A DNA stretch of 30,750 nt from Bdellovibrionales bacterium (GCA_037969075.1 JBBKWS010000077.1:1-30750), one strand, 5' to 3'. Counted from the first letter of the stretch, positions 1 to 10,214 are shown. A program made the numbers and translations. Notes: a model not told the origin generated them from the letters alone.

Positions 1-1
1 T

Positions 2-43
2 TTTACTAACAAAGTCTATTTTTCCAAATTCTTTATTTTTCAC
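2..43 (-). CDS. secF: Protein translocase subunit SecF, N-terminal fragment (runs off the window)
   Basis: Read manually: AGGTGA SD-like sequence, then GTG at 43 giving MKNKEFGKIDFVSK. The IDF-x-x-K motif is typical of the SecF N-terminus, and the ORF lies directly downstream of secD. Confidence 0.75.
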   Translation of the reverse strand, partial: MKNKEFGKIDFVSK

Positions 44-53
44 TTTTTCACCT

Positions 54-1757
54 TTAAATAGATAGTTTTTTAAATCCAAATTTAACTGTTAGCAAATCCA
101 TTACAGCACGAGAAACAAAAATCGCTGTAAACATAGAAGTTGTTAATCCAATCAATAAAGTTACAGCAAATCCTCTTACTGGGCCTGAACCGTAATAAAT
201 CAACACAAAACAAGTAATCGCAGTTGTAATATTAGAGTCAAAAATAGAGCTAAAGGCATGCTGAAAACCATCAGCAATGGCTTTTCTAAAAGAAGCACCC
301 TTGGCCAGCTCCTCTTTAATTCTTTCAAAAATAATTACATTGGCATCAATTGCAGTCCCCAAAGTAAGCGCCATACCCGCAATACCTGGGAGTGTTAATG
401 TAGCGCCCAACATTGAAAGTAAACAGAGGGTAAAAAACATGTTCAATGCCAAAGCCATTACAGCAATTACTCCACAGCCTTTGTAATAAACTATCATAAA
501 AGCAACGATTAACAGTGCAGCGATTAGACATGCTTTTTTACCAGCAGCAATCGAATCAGCACCTAAGCTGGGCCCAATAGTTCTTTCTTCTAACTGCTCT
601 AATCTTGCCGGCAATGCACCTGCGCGTAATGCAACCGCAATACTTTTTGCTTCATCAATATTATTTTGCGCATCACGTGTACCGCCCATAGTAATCTGAG
701 CACTTCCACCAGCAATACGACTTTGAATGACAGGTGCAGAGTAAACAGTTTGGTCTAAAACGATAGCCATTTGTTTACCGATATTGTCGCCCGTTAGGTC
801 ACCAAATCTTGCTGCACCTACAGGGTTAAAGCTTAGGCTTACAATTGGCGTGTTGTATTCATCATAAGATACAAAAGCATCTTTTAAGCTGTCCCCACCT
901 AAGTCAGTGTCAGTCTTTAAAAGATATGGCGTCTTAGCCGTCTCTAAATTTTCTGCATTTTGTGATTTAGCAAACAGTATCATAGTTCCTTTTGGAATTT
1001 TTGACTGGATACTTTCATTCAACTGACGGACGTAATTAGAATAAGACAACGTCTTTAAGCTAAAATTACCCGCTTTTTCGGCATCTTCAACAATCGCATT
1101 TAAGTCTATTTGCGGATTCTCAACCATCATAAACTCAAGCTTAGCCGTTCTATTAATTAGATCTTTAGCTTTTGAGGCATCTTCAATACCAGGAAGTTGC
1201 ACCAGGATTCTATCTGACCCTTGCGCTGTGATACTAGGTTCCGCCACACCGAATTCATCAATACGATTACGAATGGTTTCTATAGCTTGATCTAAGGTTC
1301 TTGTACTTAAATCAGACAAATAAATTGTTGTGTAAATATAAGTTAGCACAGAATCTGTTTGATCAAGGATCTGCAGGTTAGGATAAGATGTTTGTAATAA
1401 TTTAATTACAGCCTCTTTATCAGCCGCTTGCTTTAAAGTTACATCTAAACTGTATTTAGCCCCTTTATCTTTACTGCTGTCATATTTTGAATCGACAGAA
1501 GCTGCAGGCTTTCCTTCTTTTTGCAAAAAATCGCTAAGAGTCGTTGCAAGTCTTCCTGTAGATTCACGTAAAACACCATCAATATCTACACCCATCACAA
1601 GATGTAAACCACCTTGAATATCAAGGCCGTAATTAATCTTTTTTTGTGGTAAATAACTATGTTTAGAAGTGTCTATTAGATTTGGCAAAAACGCATATAT
1701 CGCCGATAGTGTTAATATAATAATTAACACAAATCTTGATTTAATACTTTCGATCAT
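54..1757 (-). CDS. secD: Protein translocase subunit SecD
   Basis: GLDIQGG, IRNRIDEFGVAEP, RILVQLPG, ERTIGPSLG, TLTLPGIAG, IDANVIIFERIKEE, DSNITT and GPVRGFAVTL motifs. Confidence 0.98.
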   Translation of the reverse strand: MIESIKSRFVLIIILTLSAIYAFLPNLIDTSKHSYLPQKKINYGLDIQGGLHLVMGVDIDGVLRESTGRLATTLSDFLQKEGKPAASVDSKYDSSKDKGAKYSLDVTLKQAADKEAVIKLLQTSYPNLQILDQTDSVLTYIYTTIYLSDLSTRTLDQAIETIRNRIDEFGVAEPSITAQGSDRILVQLPGIEDASKAKDLINRTAKLEFMMVENPQIDLNAIVEDAEKAGNFSLKTLSYSNYVRQLNESIQSKIPKGTMILFAKSQNAENLETAKTPYLLKTDTDLGGDSLKDAFVSYDEYNTPIVSLSFNPVGAARFGDLTGDNIGKQMAIVLDQTVYSAPVIQSRIAGGSAQITMGGTRDAQNNIDEAKSIAVALRAGALPARLEQLEERTIGPSLGADSIAAGKKACLIAALLIVAFMIVYYKGCGVIAVMALALNMFFTLCLLSMLGATLTLPGIAGMALTLGTAIDANVIIFERIKEELAKGASFRKAIADGFQHAFSSIFDSNITTAITCFVLIYYGSGPVRGFAVTLLIGLTTSMFTAIFVSRAVMDLLTVKFGFKKLSI

Positions 1758-2077
1758 TTTGCGTTCTCCTTAAGCTTGCTAGCAATATGTTTGCGAACAA
1801 CTTTTATTTTTACTCCGTCAGCAACTTCTAAAGTTATAAAATCATCAGTAAGTCCCTCTACGCGACCATAAATACCGCCAGCAGTAATCACTTCGTCACC
1901 ACGCTTAAGCATAGCCAAAGTATTAGCATGTGCTTTTGCACGTTTTGCTTGTGGTCTTAATAGTAAAAAATAAAACACAGCAAACATTAAAATCATTGGT
2001 AATAATGTTTGTATCAACGGTGCAGTTTGCTTAGTTGCCTCTTGTGCATGAGCTAAACTTAATAATAACGATAACAT
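1754..2077 (-). CDS. yajC: Preprotein translocase subunit YajC
   Basis: FYFLLLRPQxKR and LKRGDEVITAGGIYGRV motifs. Start moved to the ATG at 2077, which follows GGGAGG. The stop overlaps the secD start (ATGA). Confidence 0.96.
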   Translation of the reverse strand: MLSLLLSLAHAQEATKQTAPLIQTLLPMILMFAVFYFLLLRPQAKRAKAHANTLAMLKRGDEVITAGGIYGRVEGLTDDFITLEVADGVKIKVVRKHIASKLKENAK

Positions 2078-2131
2078 GGGCCTCCCAAAGGTATTTAGAG
2101 GATGTGAGAAAATCATTTTTCCTTAAAAGAA

Positions 2132-3256
<1,125 letters not shown>

Positions 3257-3277
3257 TTATATTCTCTTTTAATTAAG

Positions 3278-3763
3278 TTATAAAACGGCATCGCAATCTT
3301 TTTCGAAGTACGCACGGTCTCTGGATGCCTTTGCACAATACTTATTGAACACTTCATCTTTTAAAGCTTTGCAAACTAATCGCGATAAACCTATATCCGT
3401 AGTTGATGCAAAAAAGTGAGTACCTGTACTACAGCCATCTTGTTCATAAGCATAACTGTACGAGTGGTGTCTTAATCCTCCACCAGTTGGTGTATTGTGT
3501 GGCCAAGTACCACTGCACTCTACCGCTTTAAAGATTTGCTCGCGCTGATAGAGACCACAATTGCGATTTGCCACCTGATCGACTAACTCATCACAGAAGG
3601 CCTGAGCAATCGCCGACTCACTGGCTTCGACTAACTCATGCAATCCTGTTGTGCAGCCAGCATTTATCTCATACGTAGCTCTAAACTGTGTCTCTGTAGG
3701 GTCACTGCTCGAGTCACAAGCCGCTGCTAAAAAACACAAACTAAAAAACAACAATGATTTCAA
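3278..3763 (-). CDS. Cys-rich lipoprotein with two tandem 4-Cys repeats, unknown function
   Basis: TTG start after AAGGGG, lipobox LAAAC (Cys16), and two repeats with identical C-x19-C-x11-C-x13-C spacing. Confidence 0.85.
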   Translation of the reverse strand: MKSLLFFSLCFLAAACDSSSDPTETQFRATYEINAGCTTGLHELVEASESAIAQAFCDELVDQVANRNCGLYQREQIFKAVECSGTWPHNTPTGGGLRHHSYSYAYEQDGCSTGTHFFASTTDIGLSRLVCKALKDEVFNKYCAKASRDRAYFEKDCDAVL

Positions 3764-3806
3764 TATAACCCCTTAAGAATAGTTTGAATAAATATAATAT
3801 GAAACA

Positions 3807-4817
3807 TTACTTAAGCCAAACACTTAGATCTCCGTAGCTAAATAATCTAAATCTATTCTCAATGGCCCACGCATAGTTACTTTTAACTGTATCTAGATCA
3901 CTGAAGGCCGCCACAAGGGCCAAGAGAGTAGACTTAGGCTGGTGAAAGTTTGTAAGTAATCCTGTCACCACTTTATAAGAAAATCCTGGATAGATAAAAA
4001 TATCAGTCTCTCCCCTATAAGATCCGCCCTGCAATTGTAATTTATTAGCTGGAATACTTTCTAATGTGCGGCACACAGTTGTTCCTAAGGCCCACACCCT
4101 ACCTTTACAGTTCGTTATATTATTCCAAGACTCTTTAGATACCTCGGCGTATTCAGAGTGCATCTTATGCTTTGTTAAATCATCTGATTGCACAGGTAAA
4201 AATGTGCCCAAACCAACATGTAGACAAACCTTTTCTACTAGCACACCTTTATTTTTAAGCGTTTCTAAATCATCATTACTAAAATGAAAGCTCGCTGTTG
4301 GAGCGGCAGCACTTCCTGCGGTTTTAGCCCAATCCGTCTGGTACCAAGTCATGTCATGGGTTTCTATTGGCTCTAACTTTCTAGCTTTTTCGATATAAGG
4401 AGGAAGAGGCATACGACCGTGATTTAAAAAATAACTAAGATCAATTTTTTTATTTAATTTAGCTTTTTGCGGGATTCCTCCCTCAATGACTACCAATTCA
4501 ACTTCACTAGGTAGTGCAAGCACTTCATCTTTTTGCAGACGACTCAATGGCAATAGAACTGTCCAAATCCCTTCCTCTACCTCATTTAAAAATAATACCT
4601 CAATTGGTTTATTTTTTGTAGTAAGTGCAGTGACTTTTTTGGGGATCACTTTAGTCTCATTGATAACTAAAACATCTCTTGGTTTAAACAGGTTAAATAG
4701 TTCAATTTTAGTGATTTCAGTTGGCGTGGCGCCAGAAAGCATTATTCTACTTGGACTTTGAGGTTTTGTTGCTACCAGTGATTCTGGGTATGAATAGTCT
4801 AATAGTGATGTAAACAT
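3807..4817 (-). CDS. queA: S-adenosylmethionine:tRNA ribosyltransferase-isomerase
   Basis: MPLPPYI, YQT, GSAAAPTA, LHVGLGTFLPV, MHSE, ALGTT, LLTNFHQPKSTLL and RLFSYGD motifs; located near tgt. Confidence 0.96.
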   Translation of the reverse strand: MFTSLLDYSYPESLVATKPQSPSRIMLSGATPTEITKIELFNLFKPRDVLVINETKVIPKKVTALTTKNKPIEVLFLNEVEEGIWTVLLPLSRLQKDEVLALPSEVELVVIEGGIPQKAKLNKKIDLSYFLNHGRMPLPPYIEKARKLEPIETHDMTWYQTDWAKTAGSAAAPTASFHFSNDDLETLKNKGVLVEKVCLHVGLGTFLPVQSDDLTKHKMHSEYAEVSKESWNNITNCKGRVWALGTTVCRTLESIPANKLQLQGGSYRGETDIFIYPGFSYKVVTGLLTNFHQPKSTLLALVAAFSDLDTVKSNYAWAIENRFRLFSYGDLSVWLK

Positions 4818-4860
4818 AAAAGGGATCTAACATAAGAAGTGTTAAATCCCCAAATAAATA

Positions 4861-5442
4861 TTAGTTTGAGCTAGCTTCCGCTGCTTTTTTCATTCTGGCT
4901 TTTGCATTCTTTACGTCATTTTGGCATATTTTTGTTTTAGTTTCATACTCCATGCGACGTTTACTTAAAAGCTCACGATATTTTTTAAATCTATCAATTC
5001 TTTCAGATAAAAATTCTTCGCTAATCCCTACTAAATCACCTTTTTCGTCTTTTACGAACTCAAGATCACGGTCCTCTTTAATTACAGATGCAGGCGGCTC
5101 AATTGGTTTAAGCTTTCCTGATCCACCCAATTCAACTGAATCAACGTCTGCTAGACAATCAGTATAGACGCCATAAAGACCTTTAGTTCCGTATTGTCTG
5201 TTGCCATAGACTTCATTTTCCATACCATAAACTTCATTTTCTAAAATTCGCAATTCTTCAGCCAAAAGTACTTTTCGTTGTACTCTAACTTTATTATCTC
5301 TAACTCCAAGTACATCGCCACCGCTGATCTCTTGTTGTTTTTCCATGCGAGTATCTCTGTCACTTAACTCATTTCTTTTTTCTAACGATGATGTGCAAGA
5401 AACTAATATACTTGCAGCTAATAGAGTTATAATTAACTTCAT
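4861..5442 (-). CDS. Lipoprotein with coiled-coil character, unknown function
   Basis: ATG at 5442 follows AAGGGAGG. Signal peptide ends in LVSC, the body is charged and helical, and there are two further Cys. Confidence 0.85.
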   Translation of the reverse strand: MKLIITLLAASILVSCTSSLEKRNELSDRDTRMEKQQEISGGDVLGVRDNKVRVQRKVLLAEELRILENEVYGMENEVYGNRQYGTKGLYGVYTDCLADVDSVELGGSGKLKPIEPPASVIKEDRDLEFVKDEKGDLVGISEEFLSERIDRFKKYRELLSKRRMEYETKTKICQNDVKNAKARMKKAAEASSN

Positions 5443-5470
5443 AATAATGACCTCCCTTAAGGCTTTATTC

Positions 5471-5498
5471 ATTTTAGTTAGTAGTTATAAAGACTCAA
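5471..5498 (-). promoter_or_regulatory. Putative sigma70 promoter for the lipoprotein gene
   Basis: TTGAGT-N16-TAAAAT on the minus strand, upstream of the SD. Confidence 0.5.
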
Positions 5499-5519
5499 GG
5501 GAAATTTTTGCTATTTTAA

Positions 5520-6668
5520 CTACAATTTGTTCCCTTGTAATTTTGCCATAAATTCTGGCCAATGAAATACGCTTCGAAGTTGAGCACCAGGATAGTAAAA
5601 CTCTAGGATTTCACTATGTTTTTTGCCAATACTCGCCATTTGCCTAGAGCCAAACTGGCACATCCCTACACCATGACCGAAGCCCTTACCTTGAAATGAA
5701 ACTGTTTCTTTATTGAAAACAATATTGAATAATGTGGACTTGATATTAGAAAAACCAACTGTTTTTCGCAAGTCTTGTGACGACCACCTGCGAATCCTGC
5801 CATCTTTAAAAAACAGAAAAATATGATCTGCTCGCCCTGAATTGGTTTTCTCACCTGTTATAATTTTTATTATTTCACTTGCAGGTTCTGACATTTCATC
5901 AGCATAAAAGTTGGCAAGTTCTTTTAGACCCAATGAGTATGTCCAATTTTGTGAGCTGGTTAGATTACAATAAGGATCTTTTTTACCTTTCCATGACCAC
6001 GAATCATTCCAAACGGTATTAGGGTTTTCTGTATGCCCCCCACATCTTGCATGAAAGTAGGTTTTATAAATACGATTGCCTTTAAACAAAACTTCTTTTT
6101 TTGTTTGAGAAATGGCTTCACGCACTTTCTCTTTTAAGCCACTTGGAAGCATTTCAAATTTTTTCTTATTAAAGACTTGGTCCATCACAGAAGAGTCCAC
6201 ATCAAAATGTCTCTTACTCTGACTTTGTATTTGAGCAAGTACATAGGATCTTGAGGCGACCACCTGTGCTTTTAAAGCTTCCGTCGGCCATGAGGCTGGC
6301 ATCTCTGCCGGTAGTACACCCAATAAATACTTATCTATATCCATAGGATAGATTAGGTCTATGGCATTATTTCTATCGTTCCATACTAATTTAAACTTAC
6401 CCGAAACTTTACGGCCGTGAATAATAGCATTTTCAGCATTAACTTCAAAAGTCGCGCTATCCACTGTGGATACAGTCTTATCTTTTTGATTTAAAATAAG
6501 CCATTTTTTTTGTGCTTTAGAATAAGTAACGGTGATTGCCTGTGCGCTGCTATCAGCCCAATTAATTTTTTCAGCAAGAACAGGAATTGATTTTTGATGA
6601 TGTAAAAGGCGCAAGCGAATCTCTTGCGCCATCGATATGGATACTAATAAACTTAAAATTAGGCTCAT
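5520..6668 (-). CDS. SpoIID/LytB domain protein (peptidoglycan lytic transglycosylase family)
   Basis: Signal peptide, [29 protein letters not shown] (family catalytic Glu), [26 protein letters not shown] and ILEFYYPG. Confidence 0.95.
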   Translation of the reverse strand: MSLILSLLVSISMAQEIRLRLLHHQKSIPVLAEKINWADSSAQAITVTYSKAQKKWLILNQKDKTVSTVDSATFEVNAENAIIHGRKVSGKFKLVWNDRNNAIDLIYPMDIDKYLLGVLPAEMPASWPTEALKAQVVASRSYVLAQIQSQSKRHFDVDSSVMDQVFNKKKFEMLPSGLKEKVREAISQTKKEVLFKGNRIYKTYFHARCGGHTENPNTVWNDSWSWKGKKDPYCNLTSSQNWTYSLGLKELANFYADEMSEPASEIIKIITGEKTNSGRADHIFLFFKDGRIRRWSSQDLRKTVGFSNIKSTLFNIVFNKETVSFQGKGFGHGVGMCQFGSRQMASIGKKHSEILEFYYPGAQLRSVFHWPEFMAKLQGNKL

Positions 6669-7411
6669 GCCTTCTTATTGTCTACAAACGCATGCAATAA
6701 ATCAATAGGCATTGGAAAAACAATTGTAGTCGCTGGTTTTCCAGAGATTTCTTGTAGAGTCTGAAGGTATGCTAGCTGTAGTGCTGACGGAGAACTTGCA
6801 AGAATATTAGATGCTTGCGCTAGTTTTTCAGAACGTTGTAATTCACCTTCGGCACTAATTACTTTAGCGCGGCGCTCACGCTCAGCTTCGGCCTCACGCG
6901 CCATCGCACGTTGCATCTCTGGTGGCAAATCGATGTTTTTAACTTCAACGATCCCAACCTTAATTCCCCAAGGTTCTGTTTGACGATCTAAAATTTCCTG
7001 TAGTTTTTGATTTATAGACTCTCTATCAGATAACAACACATCCAAAGACACTTGTCCTAATACTGCTCTAAGTGTAGTTTGCGCCAATTGACTTGTAGCA
7101 AAGTAGTAGTCTTCGATTTCAATTACTGCTTTTTCTGGATCGACAGCTCTAAAATAAACAACTGCGTTTACTTTGATAGTCACGTTATCTTTTGTGATTA
7201 CATCTTGCGGAGGTATATCCATAGTAATGGTACGCATACCCACTTTTACCATCTGGTCTACAAATGGAATCAAGATCACAAGTCCCGGTCCCTTTGCACC
7301 GATACAGCGACCTAATCTAAAAACAATACCTCTTTCATATTCGGCCAAAATCCGAATGGATGACATAAGTACAAATCCTGCTAATACTATTAATCCAAAA
7401 GAAAAATACAT
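6665..7411 (-). CDS. SPFH/band-7 stomatin-like (slipin) protein
   Basis: N-terminal [39 protein letters not shown] and [15 protein letters not shown]. Confidence 0.96.
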   Translation of the reverse strand: MYFSFGLIVLAGFVLMSSIRILAEYERGIVFRLGRCIGAKGPGLVILIPFVDQMVKVGMRTITMDIPPQDVITKDNVTIKVNAVVYFRAVDPEKAVIEIEDYYFATSQLAQTTLRAVLGQVSLDVLLSDRESINQKLQEILDRQTEPWGIKVGIVEVKNIDLPPEMQRAMAREAEAERERRAKVISAEGELQRSEKLAQASNILASSPSALQLAYLQTLQEISGKPATTIVFPMPIDLLHAFVDNKKA

Positions 7412-7420
7412 TTTCTTCTC

Positions 7421-8674
7421 CTATGTTGTTGTGGTTACAATTAATGTTAAACCTTTTTTATCAATAACTTTTATATTTTGCTTTAGAGAAAGATTGGTGT
7501 CTGCATGCACTGCCCATCTCTCACCTTTCCAAAAAACTTCTCCTCTACTAGGATCTTCTACTTTAACAAATACGATCTCTAAAACAGTACCTACAACGTC
7601 TTCGGTACCAGCGTGTCGCTTTAGTTTCTGAGTTCTGTAGGCAAGGGTCGCGATTCCAAACAAAATCAATCCCAATATTATTGAGGAGGGCAATACCACT
7701 TCAAGAGGTAGAGCATAACCGCTAGCCTCGTCATAAAGTAATAATCCACCAACCGTAAATGCCACAATACCACCTATGCCTAATGCGCCAAAGCTTGGAA
7801 CAAAAGCTTCAAGAATAAAAAACACTAAACCTAAAGCTAATAGGGCCAAGCCGCCCCACTCTACATCTAGTTTATCAAAAGCAATATAAGAAATGATTAA
7901 ACCTAAGCCGCCCACAACCCCCGGTATAATTGCTCCTGGGTGAGTGAATTCAAAATACAGTAACCCAAGGCTTCCTAAAAAAATCATATATGATATCTGC
8001 GGATCAGCTATGGTTTGTAATATCTTATATCTAATATCAGGATCAAAAGATACCAAAGGCCCAACCTTAACTACTAGCTCTTCATCGCCTGGCCCTTTTA
8101 CATTTTTAGCCTCACTAAACTCTAAAAAGCCATCTAAGGTTTTAGTAGCAACATCAATAGCTTTGATTCTCTCCGCTTCTTCTGCTGTTACAGCCTTCGC
8201 TTCGGTTACAATTTTTTTGCTAAAATCTAAGTTTCTACCTCTTGTTTTTGTCACACCCTCAAGCCAACTAATAGTGTCATTAAATATTTTTTTCTTTAAA
8301 TCTTCAGGGATTTCATTACCTGCCGCCGAAATTGGGGTGGCGGCACCCAAATTGGTAGCTTGAATGGCTCCGCTCACGTGGCAAGCTTGTAAAATAATTG
8401 CACCCGCGCTTCCTGCATGCCCACCGGATGGATACACAATACATAAAAATGGCTGCGGAGAATTTAAAATCGTCGTAACTATTTTTCTAGTCGAGTTAAG
8501 GTCACCGCCTGGCGTATTAATCTTTAAAAGAATACTGGTACACGAAGCTTCATTAGCTTTAGTAACAGCTCTATTAAGATAGTCTGAAGTCCCGACCCCA
8601 ATGTAATCATCGATAGTGACATCAAGCGTGCATGCAAACGAAAGTTTTAGCGCTAGGAGCAATAAGAAACTCAA
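7421..8674 (-). CDS. nfeD: Long-form NfeD membrane-bound ClpP-class serine protease
   Basis: TTG start after GGAGG; INTPGG, AGSAG (Ser), GAATPI, KKKIFND (Lys), a multi-TM region and a C-terminal OB fold (GERW); adjacent to stomatin. Confidence 0.93.
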   Translation of the reverse strand: MSFLLLLALKLSFACTLDVTIDDYIGVGTSDYLNRAVTKANEASCTSILLKINTPGGDLNSTRKIVTTILNSPQPFLCIVYPSGGHAGSAGAIILQACHVSGAIQATNLGAATPISAAGNEIPEDLKKKIFNDTISWLEGVTKTRGRNLDFSKKIVTEAKAVTAEEAERIKAIDVATKTLDGFLEFSEAKNVKGPGDEELVVKVGPLVSFDPDIRYKILQTIADPQISYMIFLGSLGLLYFEFTHPGAIIPGVVGGLGLIISYIAFDKLDVEWGGLALLALGLVFFILEAFVPSFGALGIGGIVAFTVGGLLLYDEASGYALPLEVVLPSSIILGLILFGIATLAYRTQKLKRHAGTEDVVGTVLEIVFVKVEDPSRGEVFWKGERWAVHADTNLSLKQNIKVIDKKGLTLIVTTTT

Positions 8675-9067
8675 TTACGCCTCCATAAGTTGTTTCATCT
8701 GCTGCCAAAGTATTTTTTTGGCTTCAGTATCTCTTAATAAAATCCCAAGAGAAGGAGCTAATATGGCCTCATCACTTTTTATATTTGCATCAAAATATTT
8801 CTTAGCTTCATCTCCGAAGATAAAGATTTGTTTAACTTGTATATTTTCATTTAAATCACCTGCGACAGCTATTTCAAAACTAGTCCAACCAAAGGCCTGG
8901 GTGATTTTAGACAGCAGGTCTTTTTCTTCACTTGATAGAGGGGCCGATAAAAGCGTTAGTCGCTCATAGTTAAGAGGCTTAGATACTGCCGCAGACACCA
9001 CAGTTTCAACGCCTAAAACGTCTTTAAGATATGTATACTGCTGTTTATTTAATTCACGCATTTGCAT
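8675..9067 (-). CDS. Small protein resembling the HolD(psi)/degenerate uracil-DNA-glycosylase-like fold
   Basis: YLKDVLGV N-terminus, LLSKITQAFG, IFIFG and PSLGILLRDTEAKKILWQQM. The stop abuts the nfeD TTG. Confidence 0.6.
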   Translation of the reverse strand: MQMRELNKQQYTYLKDVLGVETVVSAAVSKPLNYERLTLLSAPLSSEEKDLLSKITQAFGWTSFEIAVAGDLNENIQVKQIFIFGDEAKKYFDANIKSDEAILAPSLGILLRDTEAKKILWQQMKQLMEA

Positions 9068-9073
9068 GGTCGC

Positions 9074-9102
9074 AATGTAGAAAAAAACATGGCACCGGTC
9101 AC
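9074..9102 (-). promoter_or_regulatory. Putative sigma70 promoter (leaderless) for the HolD-like/nfeD/stomatin/spoIID operon
   Basis: GTGACC-N17-TACATT, then 6 nt to ATG 9067, with no SD. Confidence 0.55.
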
Positions 9103-9202
9103 TGAAAACAGGTTTTACGCACCCCGTATGATCACTAACTAAGCACCTGCCTAAGGCTAGCCAAGACCCAAGTCCGAAAACCCGAATTTATGCATCCACT
9201 TG

Positions 9203-9229
9203 TAAAGTTTCAAAATGAGACACCGATAA
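9203..9229 (+). promoter_or_regulatory. Sigma28 (FliA) promoter
   Basis: TAAAGTTT-N11-ACCGATAA versus consensus TAAAGTTT-N11-GCCGATAA (one mismatch). Confidence 0.85.
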
Positions 9230-9254
9230 GTTTAGGGTCATCATGGAGGAAGAC

Positions 9255-9446
9255 ATGCAAGCATTCACACTAGATAAAGAACAAATCAAAGATATGTTTA
9301 TGGAAACTGAAAAATGTTGCTCCCTTTGCGGTAGCGACCTTAAGTTTGATCACAACATAGATCACATCAAACAAGAAGTTACCGAAGAAGCAAAATGCAC
9401 TATGTGCGGGATAAGAAATAAAAAACGTTACTTCGCTTTACAGTAG
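9255..9446 (+). CDS. Small CxxC...CxxC zinc-ribbon-like protein
   Basis: CSLC and CTMC pairs, GGAGGA SD before ATG 9255 (alternative start 9243), downstream of the sigma28 promoter. Confidence 0.8.
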   Translation: MQAFTLDKEQIKDMFMETEKCCSLCGSDLKFDHNIDHIKQEVTEEAKCTMCGIRNKKRYFALQ

Positions 9447-10180
9447 TCTTTACTGTGGATGATAGGTCTATAGATTCCCTGTAGACCTAAATCTCGAATC
9501 TGATCACACCAAAATTTATGCTTCTCAGATCCAATTTTGCCTATGGATTTTTCTACATTACCTTTAAAGCTCAAAAATGTAACCATTCCCGGAAAGTCAA
9601 AGTCATCTTCAACGATCACTCCTGCATCCATTGCATACTCATGATAATAAGACTGCATCAAGTCCAACATCTCAGCTAACGCCGCATCAGACCTAACATA
9701 TTTAATCTCTAGTATTAATGGCTTCACTAAACCCAATTCTCTGGCTGCATTCATATAGTCTTTTAACTCTACTATTTTTTCATTTCCTAAACCTTTTAAT
9801 TTAAAAAGTCTAAGTTCATCTAGAGTTAAGTCTTTCACCTTAATAGAACTGAATTTTACCTTTTTGCCAATACGATTTTTTATATCCACATTAGCTTCTA
9901 AAATTTTAATGGCCTCAGCATTTTCTTTTTTATCAAAAAGCCTAGTTAAACCATTGTCATGAAATAGCACAAGCTTTCCATCAAATGTTTCTTGTACATC
10001 AAATTCAAGGTATGTAAATTTAGGGTCCAATTGCAAAGCATTTGGCCCCTGTAAGCACTCTTGTAATGCTAACATGGAGTTCTCAGGAAGCTTCTTAAAA
10101 TAAGAAGTGGAATCCTGGCATCCACGGTGACCATAATTTGCAAAGCTAAATTGTAGTAAGGCAAGTAGTAGTGTTGTCAT
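9428..10180 (-). CDS. Secreted glycerophosphodiester phosphodiesterase (GDPD)-family protein
   Basis: Signal peptide, GHRG, PENSM, LEFDVQETFDG, LFHD, LTLDEL and LEIK. Confidence 0.88.
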   Translation of the reverse strand: MTTLLLALLQFSFANYGHRGCQDSTSYFKKLPENSMLALQECLQGPNALQLDPKFTYLEFDVQETFDGKLVLFHDNGLTRLFDKKENAEAIKILEANVDIKNRIGKKVKFSSIKVKDLTLDELRLFKLKGLGNEKIVELKDYMNAARELGLVKPLILEIKYVRSDAALAEMLDLMQSYYHEYAMDAGVIVEDDFDFPGMVTFLSFKGNVEKSIGKIGSEKHKFWCDQIRDLGLQGIYRPIIHSKDYCKAK

Positions 10181-10187
10181 GCCTTAA

Positions 10188-10214
10188 TGATCGGGATCTT
10201 ATGTTACGTCTTGA
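10188..10214 (-). promoter_or_regulatory. Putative sigma28 promoter for the GDPD gene
   Basis: TCAAG-N14-CCCGATCA with sigma28 spacing, 7 nt before the ATG. Confidence 0.6.

Noticed and set aside
3781..3808. AT-rich stretch vaguely like a dif (XerC/D) site
   Set aside because: The XerD arm matches TTATGTTAAAT poorly and the spacer is wrong; likely chance in AT-rich DNA.
9090..9105. TGGCAC as a possible sigma54 -24 element
   Set aside because: It is followed by cggtc-ACTG rather than TTGC at -12, and the region is better explained by the minus-strand sigma70 promoter.
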